The notes under the pieces: generated by a model | Told to the model about the DNA's origin: nothing | Database searches by the model: none | What the model saw: only the letters and a program-made list of their open reading frames with translations | NCBI GenBank assembly: GCA_043228905.1 | Contig: JBHGNT010000004.1 | Location: 9,114,001-9,178,000, forward strand | Direction: 5' to 3' | Source of the DNA: Azolla caroliniana | Taxonomy: Eukaryota > Plantae > Polypodiophyta | Length of the DNA stretch: 64,000 nt | Shown here: positions 1-10,032 of the stretch, one piece after another | Layout of the letters: every line of letters begins with the position of its first letter | Numbering within the stretch: position 1 is the first letter of the stretch | Made by a program: the position numbers and the translations under genes

Positions 1-1746
1 CTCCTGGAACTGCCCTCGGTATTCCCCTCCGTTATCCGCTCGTATCGCTTTCAGCTTCTTGCCGGATTCCCTTTCCACTCTCGCGTGGAGTTCTTTGAAG
101 ACGGACAACACTTGGTCCTTTGTCTTCAACGGTGCCGTCCACAGCTTCCGGCTATGATCATCGATGAATGTTACGAAGTACTGGGCTCCGCCATGTGACT
201 TCGTCTCTACCTGACACACGTCAGTGTGCACCAACTCCAATGGTGCGCTACGTCTCGTCGGTGGCCTTGAGTGGAAGGAGGTTCGGTTCTGCTTACCGGC
301 CAGGCAATCGGTGCACTTCTCCAGGTGCACGTGCTTCACTGGGATGAGGTTGTCTTCTGCAAGCCTCTTCATCCCCTTCTCACTCATGTGGCACAGTCTT
401 TTGTGCCACAGCTCACCGGCAGTGTCGGCTGCCACATTCAGCTCTTCCGGACATAACCGGGCATTCATCAGGTACAATGTGTTGACCTTCCGGGCCCGAA
501 CCACTATCAAGCTCCCCTTGCTGAACTTCATGACACCGTTCCGGATGCTACCCGTGTAGCCTTCATCATCTAGCCTCCCGGCCGAAATCAGGTTCAATCG
601 GACCTCCGGAACGTGTCGGACATCTTTCAGCAGCATTTTGCATCCGGTCGGGGTTGTCAACCACACGTCTCCTATGCCGGCAATCCGGCACGTACCTTCA
701 TTTCCCATCCGAACACAGCCATGCTCGCCGGCTGTGTAGGATGAGAAGTATCTTCTCTCCGGGGTCAGGTGGAACGATGCTCCGGAATCGACCACCCAGG
801 TCGTCTCATCGCCGGCAACGTTTAGCTCACCTTCTTCGGTGATGAGCATGATTTCTTCCTCACTTGCCGCGAGTGCCGTTGTTCCTTTCCGGTCCTGCCC
901 TCGCCGATCCGGACCTCTCCGGTCCGTGGCTCCCCGGTATGCACCGTTTCTCTCCGGTGATTTCTTCGAATCGGTGTCGTCGGCTCCGTTGTCCTTTCGG
1001 TAATGCCGACAGTTCTTCCGGAAGTGCCCCGGCTTCCCACAGTGGAAGCATGTTGGCCTTCCTCTTGAATGCGACCGGGTCCCCGACTTCTCCCGTCTTT
1101 GCGGACTCCGGTTCCACTGTCTTCCCCGATCCGATTCGGTAAACAGCATCTTCGGGTCGGAGGCCGGTTCCTTATCTCTCCGACGCGCTTCTTCATTCAG
1201 AATACTTGTCTTTACCGTTTGTAGGGACAAGTTATCTTCGGTGCAGGAGGTGCTGAGAGTCACCACCAAGTTCTCCCAGCTGTCCGGCAATGTACACATC
1301 AGGATGATGGCTTGCATTGCATCCTCCAGCGGGAACTTGATCGCCGCAAGCTGATTCACGAATCCCATGAACGTGCTTACGTGTTCTACCATACTCTCGC
1401 CGTCCCGGTACTTGAGGTTCACTATCTTCCTCATCAGGGAGGTCCGGTTCAACGCATTCTTCCTCTCATAGAGGCCAGACAGCTTCTTCCACATCTCGTA
1501 TGCGTTGGTGTCGTTCGCCACATGTTGCAGGACGCTTACGTCGACATATTGTCGGATCGTCGCTACGGCTTTCCGGTTCAGGAGCTTCCACTCCGACTCA
1601 AGTACCCCCTTCGGTATTTCCGACCTGTCAATCGGTTCGTACAGGTCCCGAACAATCAGAAGATCCTCCATCTTGATCTTCCAGTCGGCGTAATTCTGTG
1701 CATTCAGCACCATCATCATCGGCTGCCCGCTGCCGCCGCCTTCCAT
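1..1746 (-). CDS. copia Gag-protease-integrase polyprotein (partial, open at the window edge)
   Basis: ATG at 1746; reverse complement aligns with ORF 16087-18348 (CCHC knuckle, WVVDSGASFH protease, LWHKRLCH, DNGGEY). Confidence 0.9.
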   Translation of the reverse strand, partial: MEGGGSGQPMMMVLNAQNYADWKIKMEDLLIVRDLYEPIDRSEIPKGVLESEWKLLNRKAVATIRQYVDVSVLQHVANDTNAYEMWKKLSGLYERKNALNRTSLMRKIVNLKYRDGESMVEHVSTFMGFVNQLAAIKFPLEDAMQAIILMCTLPDSWENLVVTLSTSCTEDNLSLQTVKTSILNEEARRRDKEPASDPKMLFTESDRGRQWNRSPQRREKSGTRSHSRGRPTCFHCGKPGHFRKNCRHYRKDNGADDTDSKKSPERNGAYRGATDRRGPDRRGQDRKGTTALAASEEEIMLITEEGELNVAGDETTWVVDSGASFHLTPERRYFSSYTAGEHGCVRMGNEGTCRIAGIGDVWLTTPTGCKMLLKDVRHVPEVRLNLISAGRLDDEGYTGSIRNGVMKFSKGSLIVVRARKVNTLYLMNARLCPEELNVAADTAGELWHKRLCHMSEKGMKRLAEDNLIPVKHVHLEKCTDCLAGKQNRTSFHSRPPTRRSAPLELVHTDVCQVETKSHGGAQYFVTFIDDHSRKLWTAPLKTKDQVLSVFKELHARVERESGKKLKAIRADNGGEYRGQFQE

Positions 1747-2397
1747 TTTCTGCAACAGTCGCTCTCATACCAGTTTGTTGAGAATTGACGCTTCTATTCA
1801 CCTTCTTATCTCGGCCACAACCGATTAATCGCGGATCAATGGAGCAGAAAATAGGAAACACACGTAGAAACAAAACGAAGAAACGCGAGTACACAAGGAT
1901 TAACGTGGAAAACCCTAAACGGGGAAAAACCACGGGAGTACAAGACTCCAAACAACACTATACAGAGAAGTATACAATGACAAGCTCCAAGGCGACGACC
2001 TTGAGCTCGCTGTCCTCGCCACAGGCGGCGGAAATACACAGAGGCGTCTACCTCTTTCTCTCTCGCGCTCTCTCTCTTTCTCTCTCTCTCTCGGCTGCTC
2101 TCTCTTCACTCCTCTAAAGTGGAAAAACAGAAAAATGAGAAGCAACAGAAAAACTGTTTGCCCTAAGTCATATTTATACTTATATGACTTTGGGCTATTT
2201 ACAACTATAGCCTCAGGGGGCTCGTAGCGAACATATTCACGGATATGTCCCTGCATCCGGATCGCTCTCCGGGTACATTCGTCATCCGGCACCGAAGCCG
2301 GGGTCTTCGTCATCCGGATCCGAAACCGAAACCGGGCTTGTCGGCATTCATCTCCGATATCCGACCATCCCATCCGAAAGGGACCGAAATCCCAACA
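1..2397 (-). mobile_element. Ty1/copia LTR retrotransposon A (5' part; runs off the left edge), inserted in an intron of the ParB-methyltransferase gene
   Basis: 5' LTR 1776-2397 (TGTTGGG...CAACA on the minus strand), PBS TGGTATGAGAGC at 1761-1772 (tRNA-iMet type, 1 mismatch), then gag-pol closely similar to element B at 16087 onward. Confidence 0.93.
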
Positions 2398-2437
2398 ATT
2401 GGTTATCTCAAGATCGTTACCCTAGTTCGAGGAATAC

Positions 2438-5400
2438 CTGTGCCAGAAAAGAGATCTAATATCCAGTCTCCTTCGACAGAAAACATCTCGATCAAGCGCA
2501 TCATAAGTCGTTGAGGTTTTTGGTATGGGTTGACAAGTCCCCGTTCTGTCGTGGTGACATGTCGCAATTTCCGAGTCACTGCTGGATATACCAACAGATT
2601 TGAACCTCCCACTTCATTAGAATGCTCTTTGATTCTCTGTTTCTTAATTTCATCGAAGTAGCCAACCGTTATGTATTCAATGGCATTAACGAACCGAAAA
2701 GTTGGCCCTCTATTTACATTGGTCTTGATCCTATAAAAAATAATTCATCGAGTTAAGAATAGATTCAACAACCTTAAGAATTGCAATATAGTGAAAGACA
2801 CCTATAAATAATCCTTACCATGCAAGGTTCTCGATGCCATGGCAACGAGATCTCAAAGCTTGAGCTACCGAGTACCCTTGGTCCATACTATGAAAGACAA
2901 CTATTCGCCACAAGGATGCGGTCGTTAGCTCAGCGAAATCCTTGACCATCTTCTCCAATTGTTTAAACCTAAACGGTTCATCGTCGTATGATGACCCAAC
3001 CATTCGAAATCCGTAAGGAATATCCGCAATCATTAGCGTATATTCCTTCTTTGGCACCTTCTGGATCAAGTCGATGACATCACCGCAAACCACATTGTAG
3101 TAAAGATCTCTCGTAATATCTTTTTTGTGGCTAAATTTTTTAAACGAGCCATCTTCCTCCATTTCGTACGCCTTGACTAAGCGACGATCCTTTTCTTTTC
3201 TGGCTCGCTCGAGATGTGCAAGGAAGGATGTAGGGAAATCGTGTATATCCTTAACTTCTCCTTGTTTCTTGCCTCGACACGGTTTCTAATAGAAGCAATA
3301 GGACATCAGGTATTATTATACAAGCTCTACATATGATGAAAGGGTAATGAAAAAACATGAATACTAACCCAATCCTTGAATGCAATAAAATACTCTGATA
3401 ACGCCTTATACGAAGACGTTAGATGATAATCCTCGGTCACTTGTTCCCAAGTTATACATCCAAGTTGTTTCATCATAACTTCTTGGATCTTCATGTACAC
3501 CTTATGACTGTAAAATTAGAAATCAAGATTAGAACTTTGAATTACACCAGATAGACTACAATTTCAGTATTTGAAAGACTTACTTATTGAACTCAGTGAC
3601 CATTTCTTCAAGGCTTAAATCTTTCGCCACAACCCTTGACAAAACCGACACAAGAAGCTGCTCGTCCTTAATACCTTGCATCGCTCTCCATAGAGACAAC
3701 TTCATGTCATCTGCCGCTTCTTCAATTGTCAAGTCAATTTTCTTGGTGGCTTGTGACTTTAACTCTAGTTGAGGGTCAACCCTACATTTCTTTTGTCGTT
3801 GACCCTTTACCTCCTTATTCTCCCACATTGAGAAGATTTGATCTTGTAGGTCCCATACTTCTCCATCTCTAAACGCCAATTGAAACCAAGACTCATACTT
3901 TCGAAGACCATCGGACCTAACATTATCATCTACCACAATGCCGACTTCATGCAGACATTGACGTCGAAGGCCTGGATGTAACTTCACACCAAACTTTTGT
4001 TTCACATCTAAATACTCGTGGTGGAAGAACCGTATACGCTCAATAGACGACATTTTCTGCCTATAGTCATTATCATTATTATGGTCCCATGCCAACAGCT
4101 TAGCCTCTTCGGTTGTGAGCCCAACATAAATTTTGCACTCGGCATACTTGAAGAAGAAAGTGGTTGGATGTTCTCTCACAAGTTGCTGACGTGCCTCTGC
4201 TGAATGCGATCCACCAATGACAAAATAATTATATTGATCATGCTTTCTAATATCAAAATCTTCAATGGTTTCACATTCTTCAGGATCTACCATAACAATA
4301 AAAGGCACCACAGTGGCATGAGGATTAATTTTCATTTTTTTCTTGAGATTTTGAACATGCATGCGGTGAGGGTCTCTAATCTCAAGTGGTCTTCGACCTG
4401 TTTTTTCATCAATAGGGGGCCGATGGATGTGTGTTATATGCAAATTAAATACTTGCCCTTTCCTGACCAGCTTCCGTTGCATTAACTCTCTCCTTATTTT
4501 ATTCTGCTCGGATGACAAAACACCCAAGGCCAGCTCGGCTCCTGGCGTCCCCTTATTATCCTCCTCTTCATTTTCACTTGTTGAATCCGTATCCGACATT
4601 TTCGTTGTCTTCTTCTTTGCTGGTCTTGACTGGACTTTGGATACCTTTTTTGTGGCCTTCAATGGGGAGGGCACTTCATCTCTTAGAGTTACATGGCCTT
4701 GTATATAAGGCCTCAAGGTAACAATAAGGTTTTGTGAGTTATCAAGTGCTTTTTTGAACACTTCTGGCCCACAAGATTCCTTTACTAAAAGGTCTTCTGA
4801 AAGGAACACTTTACGTACCCCCTTGGAGCACTCTATCATTACCAGTATGTTGGCCGAATCTGCATCTTCGTAGTCAAATCGTAGAATACGGCCATACATA
4901 AATGGGGTTTCCTTTCCAAGCTGCCCCTCACCCTTCTTCTTTGATGTATACAATACGACTTTTTTCTTTGAGTCGACATATTGCATACACCATTCCTTGT
5001 CCGTTAGATCTCGGTCAGGAAGGTCTTCGCCTCCAGTAGCGGCGACAAGTTTCTTTTGGCTAACATCACTATGTGGCTGAGATTTTGTCTCTTCGTTAAA
5101 GAGAAGCTTTTTTCCTCTCTTCATGGTCTCAGGAGCTACCTTGGTCTGGGCTTCGATTGGAGAACCTTGTATGCGAAGCTTTATTTTCTTCACGGGTCGG
5201 TCCGACAGGTTCTCAAACGACCTATTTAAGAAAGTATATGCAAAAACATAAGTTAGGTAGTCACGTAGATTGAGGTTGTATATTATAATGAAGAACAGTT
5301 CCCAGGAGCAGTAACATATTCAAAAATCTATTATAGGCAGGGCTATTCAACCTAGAAAATATATATCGTAATAAGTAAAACGGGTTATATATTCTTTTAA

Positions 5401-6081
5401 ATAGTAGGTATGACTTATATAGATTCTAAACCTATATTGAGGAGAATTTGCTATCGTAAAGGCAATTTGTGGATCATTTTCTACTATTTTAAGCTAAAGT
5501 AGGTCATAAAACACCTATAATTAGAGCATGTTTTTCTTTAAAAGTAAGGAAAGTCAACATAAAAAAGACTGATTTTGCCAGACAATTTGATATCATTTCC
5601 ACCCCATAAATATTTGTTACCCCCAAAACACGATTTTTCTCTCTCAAAGCCTTCTTATATACAGGGACTCGATACGGCGTATCGAGTTCGTGTTTAAAAC
5701 CTACACTTTAAACAGGAACTCGATACGCCGTATCGAGTTTGTGTTTAAAACCTACACTATAAATAGGAACTCGATACGGCGTATTGAGTTCCTATTTAAA
5801 ATTCAAACTTTAAACACGAACTCGATACGGCGTATCGAGTTTGTGTTTAAAACCTACACTTTAAACAGGAACTCGATACGGCGTATCGAGTTCATGTTTA
5901 AAGTGTAGGTTTTAAATAGGAACTCGATACGCCGTATCGAGTTCATGTATAAATATTTGTAATGTATACATGAACTCGATACGGCGTATCGAGTTCTTGA
6001 GAAACGAAACATATTTACAAAAATGTCCACAGTGTCAGAGGCCTACCTGGAGTCCTCGCGCTCGATTCTCTTTGAAGACAT
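2438..6081 (-). CDS. Spliced gene: ParB/Srx-like domain fused to a beta-class N6-adenine/N4-cytosine DNA methyltransferase; 3' end lies beyond copia A, outside the window
   Basis: Exons (minus) 6081-6047, 5221-3584, 3507-3369, 3285-2819, 2730-2438, all GT...AG and in phase, 857 codons with no stop. ParB-like motifs YFVIGGSHSAEA and EEAKLLAWDHN; catalytic-type motif IV MIADIPYG; then NPYQKP..LM.RLIEMFS.EGDWILDLFSGTG (motif X/I, FxGxG), i.e. beta order. Confidence 0.82.
5665..5996. repeat. Array of seven 25-bp palindromes GAACTCGATACG(G/C)CGTATCGAGTTC at 51-bp period inside intron 1 of the ParB-MTase gene
   Basis: Copies start at 5665, 5716, 5767, 5818, 5869, 5920, 5972; 26-27-bp AT-rich spacers, mostly related to each other. 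Confidence 0.95.
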
Positions 6082-6895
6082 GGTTGATCGTGTGGAAGTG
6101 GAGGCGGAGATCGCGCTTTCGTGCTTTGTGCTCTGTGTGCTTTGTGTGCTCTCTACGTTCTGTGTGCTCTGTACGCTCTGTACGCTCTGGTGAGTGAAAT
6201 ATGACGAGGTCTTCCTATTTATAGGGATTGAACACATTGGTTAAAGTAACCATAGTCACCTTAACCAAGGTTGGTAACTTTGAGGATAGTTAGTTGGTAA
6301 CCATAGTCACATTAACTAGAGTAACTTATGATTGTATTAATGATTACAAAGTCAAACTAACATATTGATCAATCTTTTATAGTCATAACAACCTACAATG
6401 ACTTCAAAGGTTATGAAGGAGACAATGATAGAGGTTCATGAATGTACCAATGATTGATTACTAAAAGCAACAATTTTTATGACTCTCAAATGTTGTGTAT
6501 TAAAGATGTGGGCATGAATTAACCAATGATTGATAAGTCTAATATTTAAAATGGTGAGCATTAAAGAACCAATGAGTGAGACGTTCTATATCAAAATGGG
6601 TGCCATTAATTAGCCAATGATTTTAACATTAATCCAACATATTCATGGCTTGTTAATGATTAGTTTTATATTTTACTTGATTTAACTTCATATAGATCTA
6701 GTTTATATAATAATTGATAATTTAAGTACAATTACTTTATTAAAAATAAATTTTTGATGTATTGTATTAATAGAATATTACATAATATAGACATTCTATT
6801 GATTTGGCTTTTGTTTAGAGAGAAGTTTATGTTTAGAGAGGAGTATATGTTTAGAGAGGAGTATAACTTAGAGAGCCCTATCTAGACCTTAAGCC
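6082..6895. promoter_or_regulatory. Putative bidirectional promoter between the ParB-MTase gene and the transposase-like gene
   Basis: TATAAAT on the minus strand at 6217-6223 upstream of ATG 6081; four CCAATGA motifs at 6447, 6523, 6569, 6614; AT-rich. Confidence 0.5.
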
Positions 6896-9676
6896 ATGAG
6901 TGAAGATTCACCGTTCTCGATTGAAGAATATTGTTTGTCATCAGACCCATCGTTTTCTACTGAAGAGTATTGTTTGTCAACAGAGTCACCATATTCGATT
7001 GAAGAATATTGTCTGTCGACCGACTCACCATATTCTATCGAAGAATATTGTCTGAGCTCATCTACAGGGAATGTAAATAATGACACATGTGAAGAGTTCT
7101 CTATTGAAGAATACGATATTAATAAAGATACCGAGAATGAAGGAAGTGCCCAGGAAACATTGAATAACATTGGCGATGGTCACAACAGAGAATTAGACTG
7201 TAACAAGGTTACACCAACCTCTATGCAAGAAGAGAAATCTGGGAGCCCTATGCATATTAGAAGAATCCCACGAAGAATTCGTCTGGCTAGATTTAGCTTG
7301 GTGACATCAGATAAACAGATTGGATTTGATGTCAACAAAATATGTTGTGCCCGTGGTTGTATGTCTATGATTGGAAAATCAAAGTTGCGAGAATTAAGGC
7401 GATACTATTTTTTGATGACCGGTGATGAGCAAGACACTTACCTCGGATCACATATGCAACTAGTATCTGACAAATGTACGGGGATCAAAGTATCATTCGA
7501 GTATTATATCTTCCATGCGCAACAGATATGTAGAGTTGCATTAAAAATTGCGTTATGTGTTAGTAACATGCGGCTACATAGAGTACAACAACGTCTACTT
7601 AGCGGGGATCAGATGCTCAATTGTAAAGAGGTTCCAAGTATGAAAGGTGCAATTGGAAGACTAGCTATTGGCTGGATGAAAACTTACTTTCAGTGAAATT
7701 GTGAAGTAATGCCCACTACAGGTAGGATGCATCTTTCTGATAATTATACCCGTCGGGAAGTTTATGATGTCTATCGATCTGAAATGCTGGGCTCACGTAA
7801 TAAGTCTATCACCTATAGCCAATTCACAAGATTATGGAGAGCTCGGTTTTCAAATGTTATTATTCCTCGTAAAGTACGTATGGGGTATTGCTCCATTTGT
7901 GCAAATCTTAAAAGTTTGGCTAAAGGTGCAAAGACATCAATGGAAAAGGATACGAGTAAGAAGTTACTACAAGAGCATCGTGAGGCACAATCCTTAGAAC
8001 GAAGGAAGGCGATGCATCATAGAGAGAAGTGTTTGAAGAGGCATGAACAATACATGTGCTTAATGATAGATGGCATGGACTAGAAGAAGACATGCTTGCC
8101 GCATATGCGGAGGCTCCCCAAAGATGTCAATGATGAGTGCCTTGTTCAAATGCACTTGGTGGGATGCTTGGCTTATAATAGGTCTGTTCGACCTCACGTC
8201 TTCATTACTTACCCCAATGTTCACAATGACCCTAACCTAACAGTTACAGTGATTCACCGAGTTTTGATGTCTTGGGGACAACCTTTCCCCCCTGTTCTAT
8301 ACATTCAATTGGACAATACTGCTAGAGAGAACAAAAATTCAACTGTATTTGGCTATCTAAGTATGTTGGTCAACCTAGAATTGTTTAGGAAAGTGAAAGT
8401 CAATTTCCTTTTGGTTGGCCACACACATGACCATATAGATCAGATGTTTAGCACATTCTCCAGACAGTTGTCTTGGCATGATGCTTTCACTTTACCTAAA
8501 CTATTTGATGTCATTTGTGATGCTTATACACCACGCCCAAAAGTGTTACACTTGAAGGAGGTATATGACTTTAAGAGATATATATTAGATGGGGGTGGTG
8601 GGAATGTTAAAGTGCTTGCTCAGTTAAACAATATAAGTTTCAATCACATTTTTTTGATAAAGAAAAATGGAATAAGTGGTTCTACACTTTTGTATGCTAA
8701 ACAATATTCATCTTCTACAACATGGGAACTTGAAGGTGGTTGCCAGTTATTACTTTGTATGCCGAGTACAATTGTCCATGGAGCTAAGCAAATGCCAATT
8801 GAGAAGAAAGGACAGTTGCAGAGCGACTTGGTATCAGAACAGAAACGGTCATGGCTCCAAGCCTTAGAAGAAAAAAGAAAGCATATTGAGGCCGCCAAGA
8901 AATATGCCGCACAACAAGACACGTCATGGTGGGATGTATTTTATAGTGATCAGAAAGAAATTATAGACAATTGTGTATCTGTTGATAATTGGAATTTGGA
9001 AACGCCATTCACATGGTCCCTGCAACATGATCGCGTAAATAGAAGTCTGGAGCGACTAGTAAATGCGATTAATGACAGCTTGGTCCATCCACAACAAAGA
9101 GACATTTATGTGGGACCAAGGATGACCAAAGCAGCCGAAGCTAGATGGCAAGGAAATTTGCAAGAGCTCACCGCGGGGATGTTGATTGCAACGCCGGCTG
9201 ATGAGAACTCACATGGCCACCAATTTTGGGTTGGTAAAATTCTAGAAGTGCTAATGCATGAAATAGAAAACACGATCAAGTCTATAAATGTTCATTGGTA
9301 CAACACTAGAAGTGCAAATGCTTTTACAGGTAAGTATACATTGGAGATGATTGAATGCCAAACAAGAAGGGGAGGTAGGAAGAGGAAGCGAAACATTCGT
9401 AACACCTCGACCCTTGATATCTCTGATGTGGATATCATCGTGTACGACTTCACACTTACAAAAGCTGGACGATTAAGGAAGTCAACAATAGATATAATAA
9501 AAGAAAAATTACCAGGTCTACAAGGTGGCTCGAGTCAAAGGCAAACGAGATCTGCTACATATAATCTAGAGTCAAACCATTTGGTTTATGACGAAGATAA
9601 TGCACTGATTGGTACATCCGAGGATGATGAGGAGGAATCGTCATTGTATATTAGTTATAGTAGTGATTCTCCGTAA
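6896..9676 (+). pseudogene. DDE/D-type transposase-like gene (DUF7869/Sola-like, tentative); one reading frame broken by two nonsense codons
   Basis: ORFs 6896-7696, 7709-8083 and 8096-9676 share one frame (stops TGA 7694-7696, TAG 8081-8083). Motifs: CCARGC, CSIC, IDGMD*KK, YIQLDNTARENKN, FLLVGHTHDHIDQMFS. Confidence 0.75.
6905..7060 (+). repeat. Four in-frame 39-bp (13-aa) repeats, DSP(F/Y)SIEEYCLS(S/T), at the transposase N-terminus
   Basis: Visible in the 6896-7696 translation; partial fifth copy FSIEEY downstream. Confidence 0.9.
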
Positions 9677-10032
9677 AGGAGTGATCATGAATGTATATTT
9701 GGCTATTAAGTGTAACTACATTCCGCTTGTAACAAATCGAGTAATATAAAATCATGTGTTTTGAATTCTTATGATTTCTAAAAAATCGTTTCTTATAAAA
9801 TAACATTGGTTGTAAAGTTTGTGATATAAATTGAGAATGTATGTTTTTGAAATTCGTCTTTTTTTAGTTACTTCTAAATCACGAAAATAGTGGATTTTTA
9901 ACCTTTTTCATAGTATGTTTGAACTTGTATGATACTGGTATCAATGTGTTTTGTAAAATCATTGAAAAACCCCTAAAATTTCCCTTATCCTTCCATTTAT
10001 GCGCGATCCTTCCACTTGTGAATGCGAACGTG

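Larger units (their letters stand above)
2398..10032. mobile_element. Putative DNA transposon carrying transposase plus ParB-MTase cargo; right end near 10032, left end outside the window
   Basis: The gypsy protease frame on the right loses homology after ILGYPWFTNKN at ~10033; the element side ends ...AATGCGAACGTG (5'-CAC on the minus strand). The second terminus and TSD are not visible. Confidence 0.55.

Noticed and set aside
224-2373. Many short ORFs overlapping copia A (and likewise B, C, G)
   Set aside because: Antisense or alternative-frame shadows of GC-rich retroelement coding and LTR sequence.
2438-3285. Bacterial contamination as the source of the methyltransferase
   Set aside because: The gene has phased spliceosomal introns and is interleaved with plant-type LTR elements.
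5690-5908. 72-aa repetitive ORF
   Set aside because: By-product of the 51-bp period; GTG start and antisense to an intron.
5665-5996. CRISPR array
   Set aside because: It has a repeat-spacer look, but the spacers are mostly copies or inversions of one another, there are no cas genes, and it lies in a spliceosomal intron.
9879-10032. C-terminal extension of the gypsy gag-protease ORF
   Set aside because: Read-through into the inserted element's terminus; homology stops after GYPWFTNKN.
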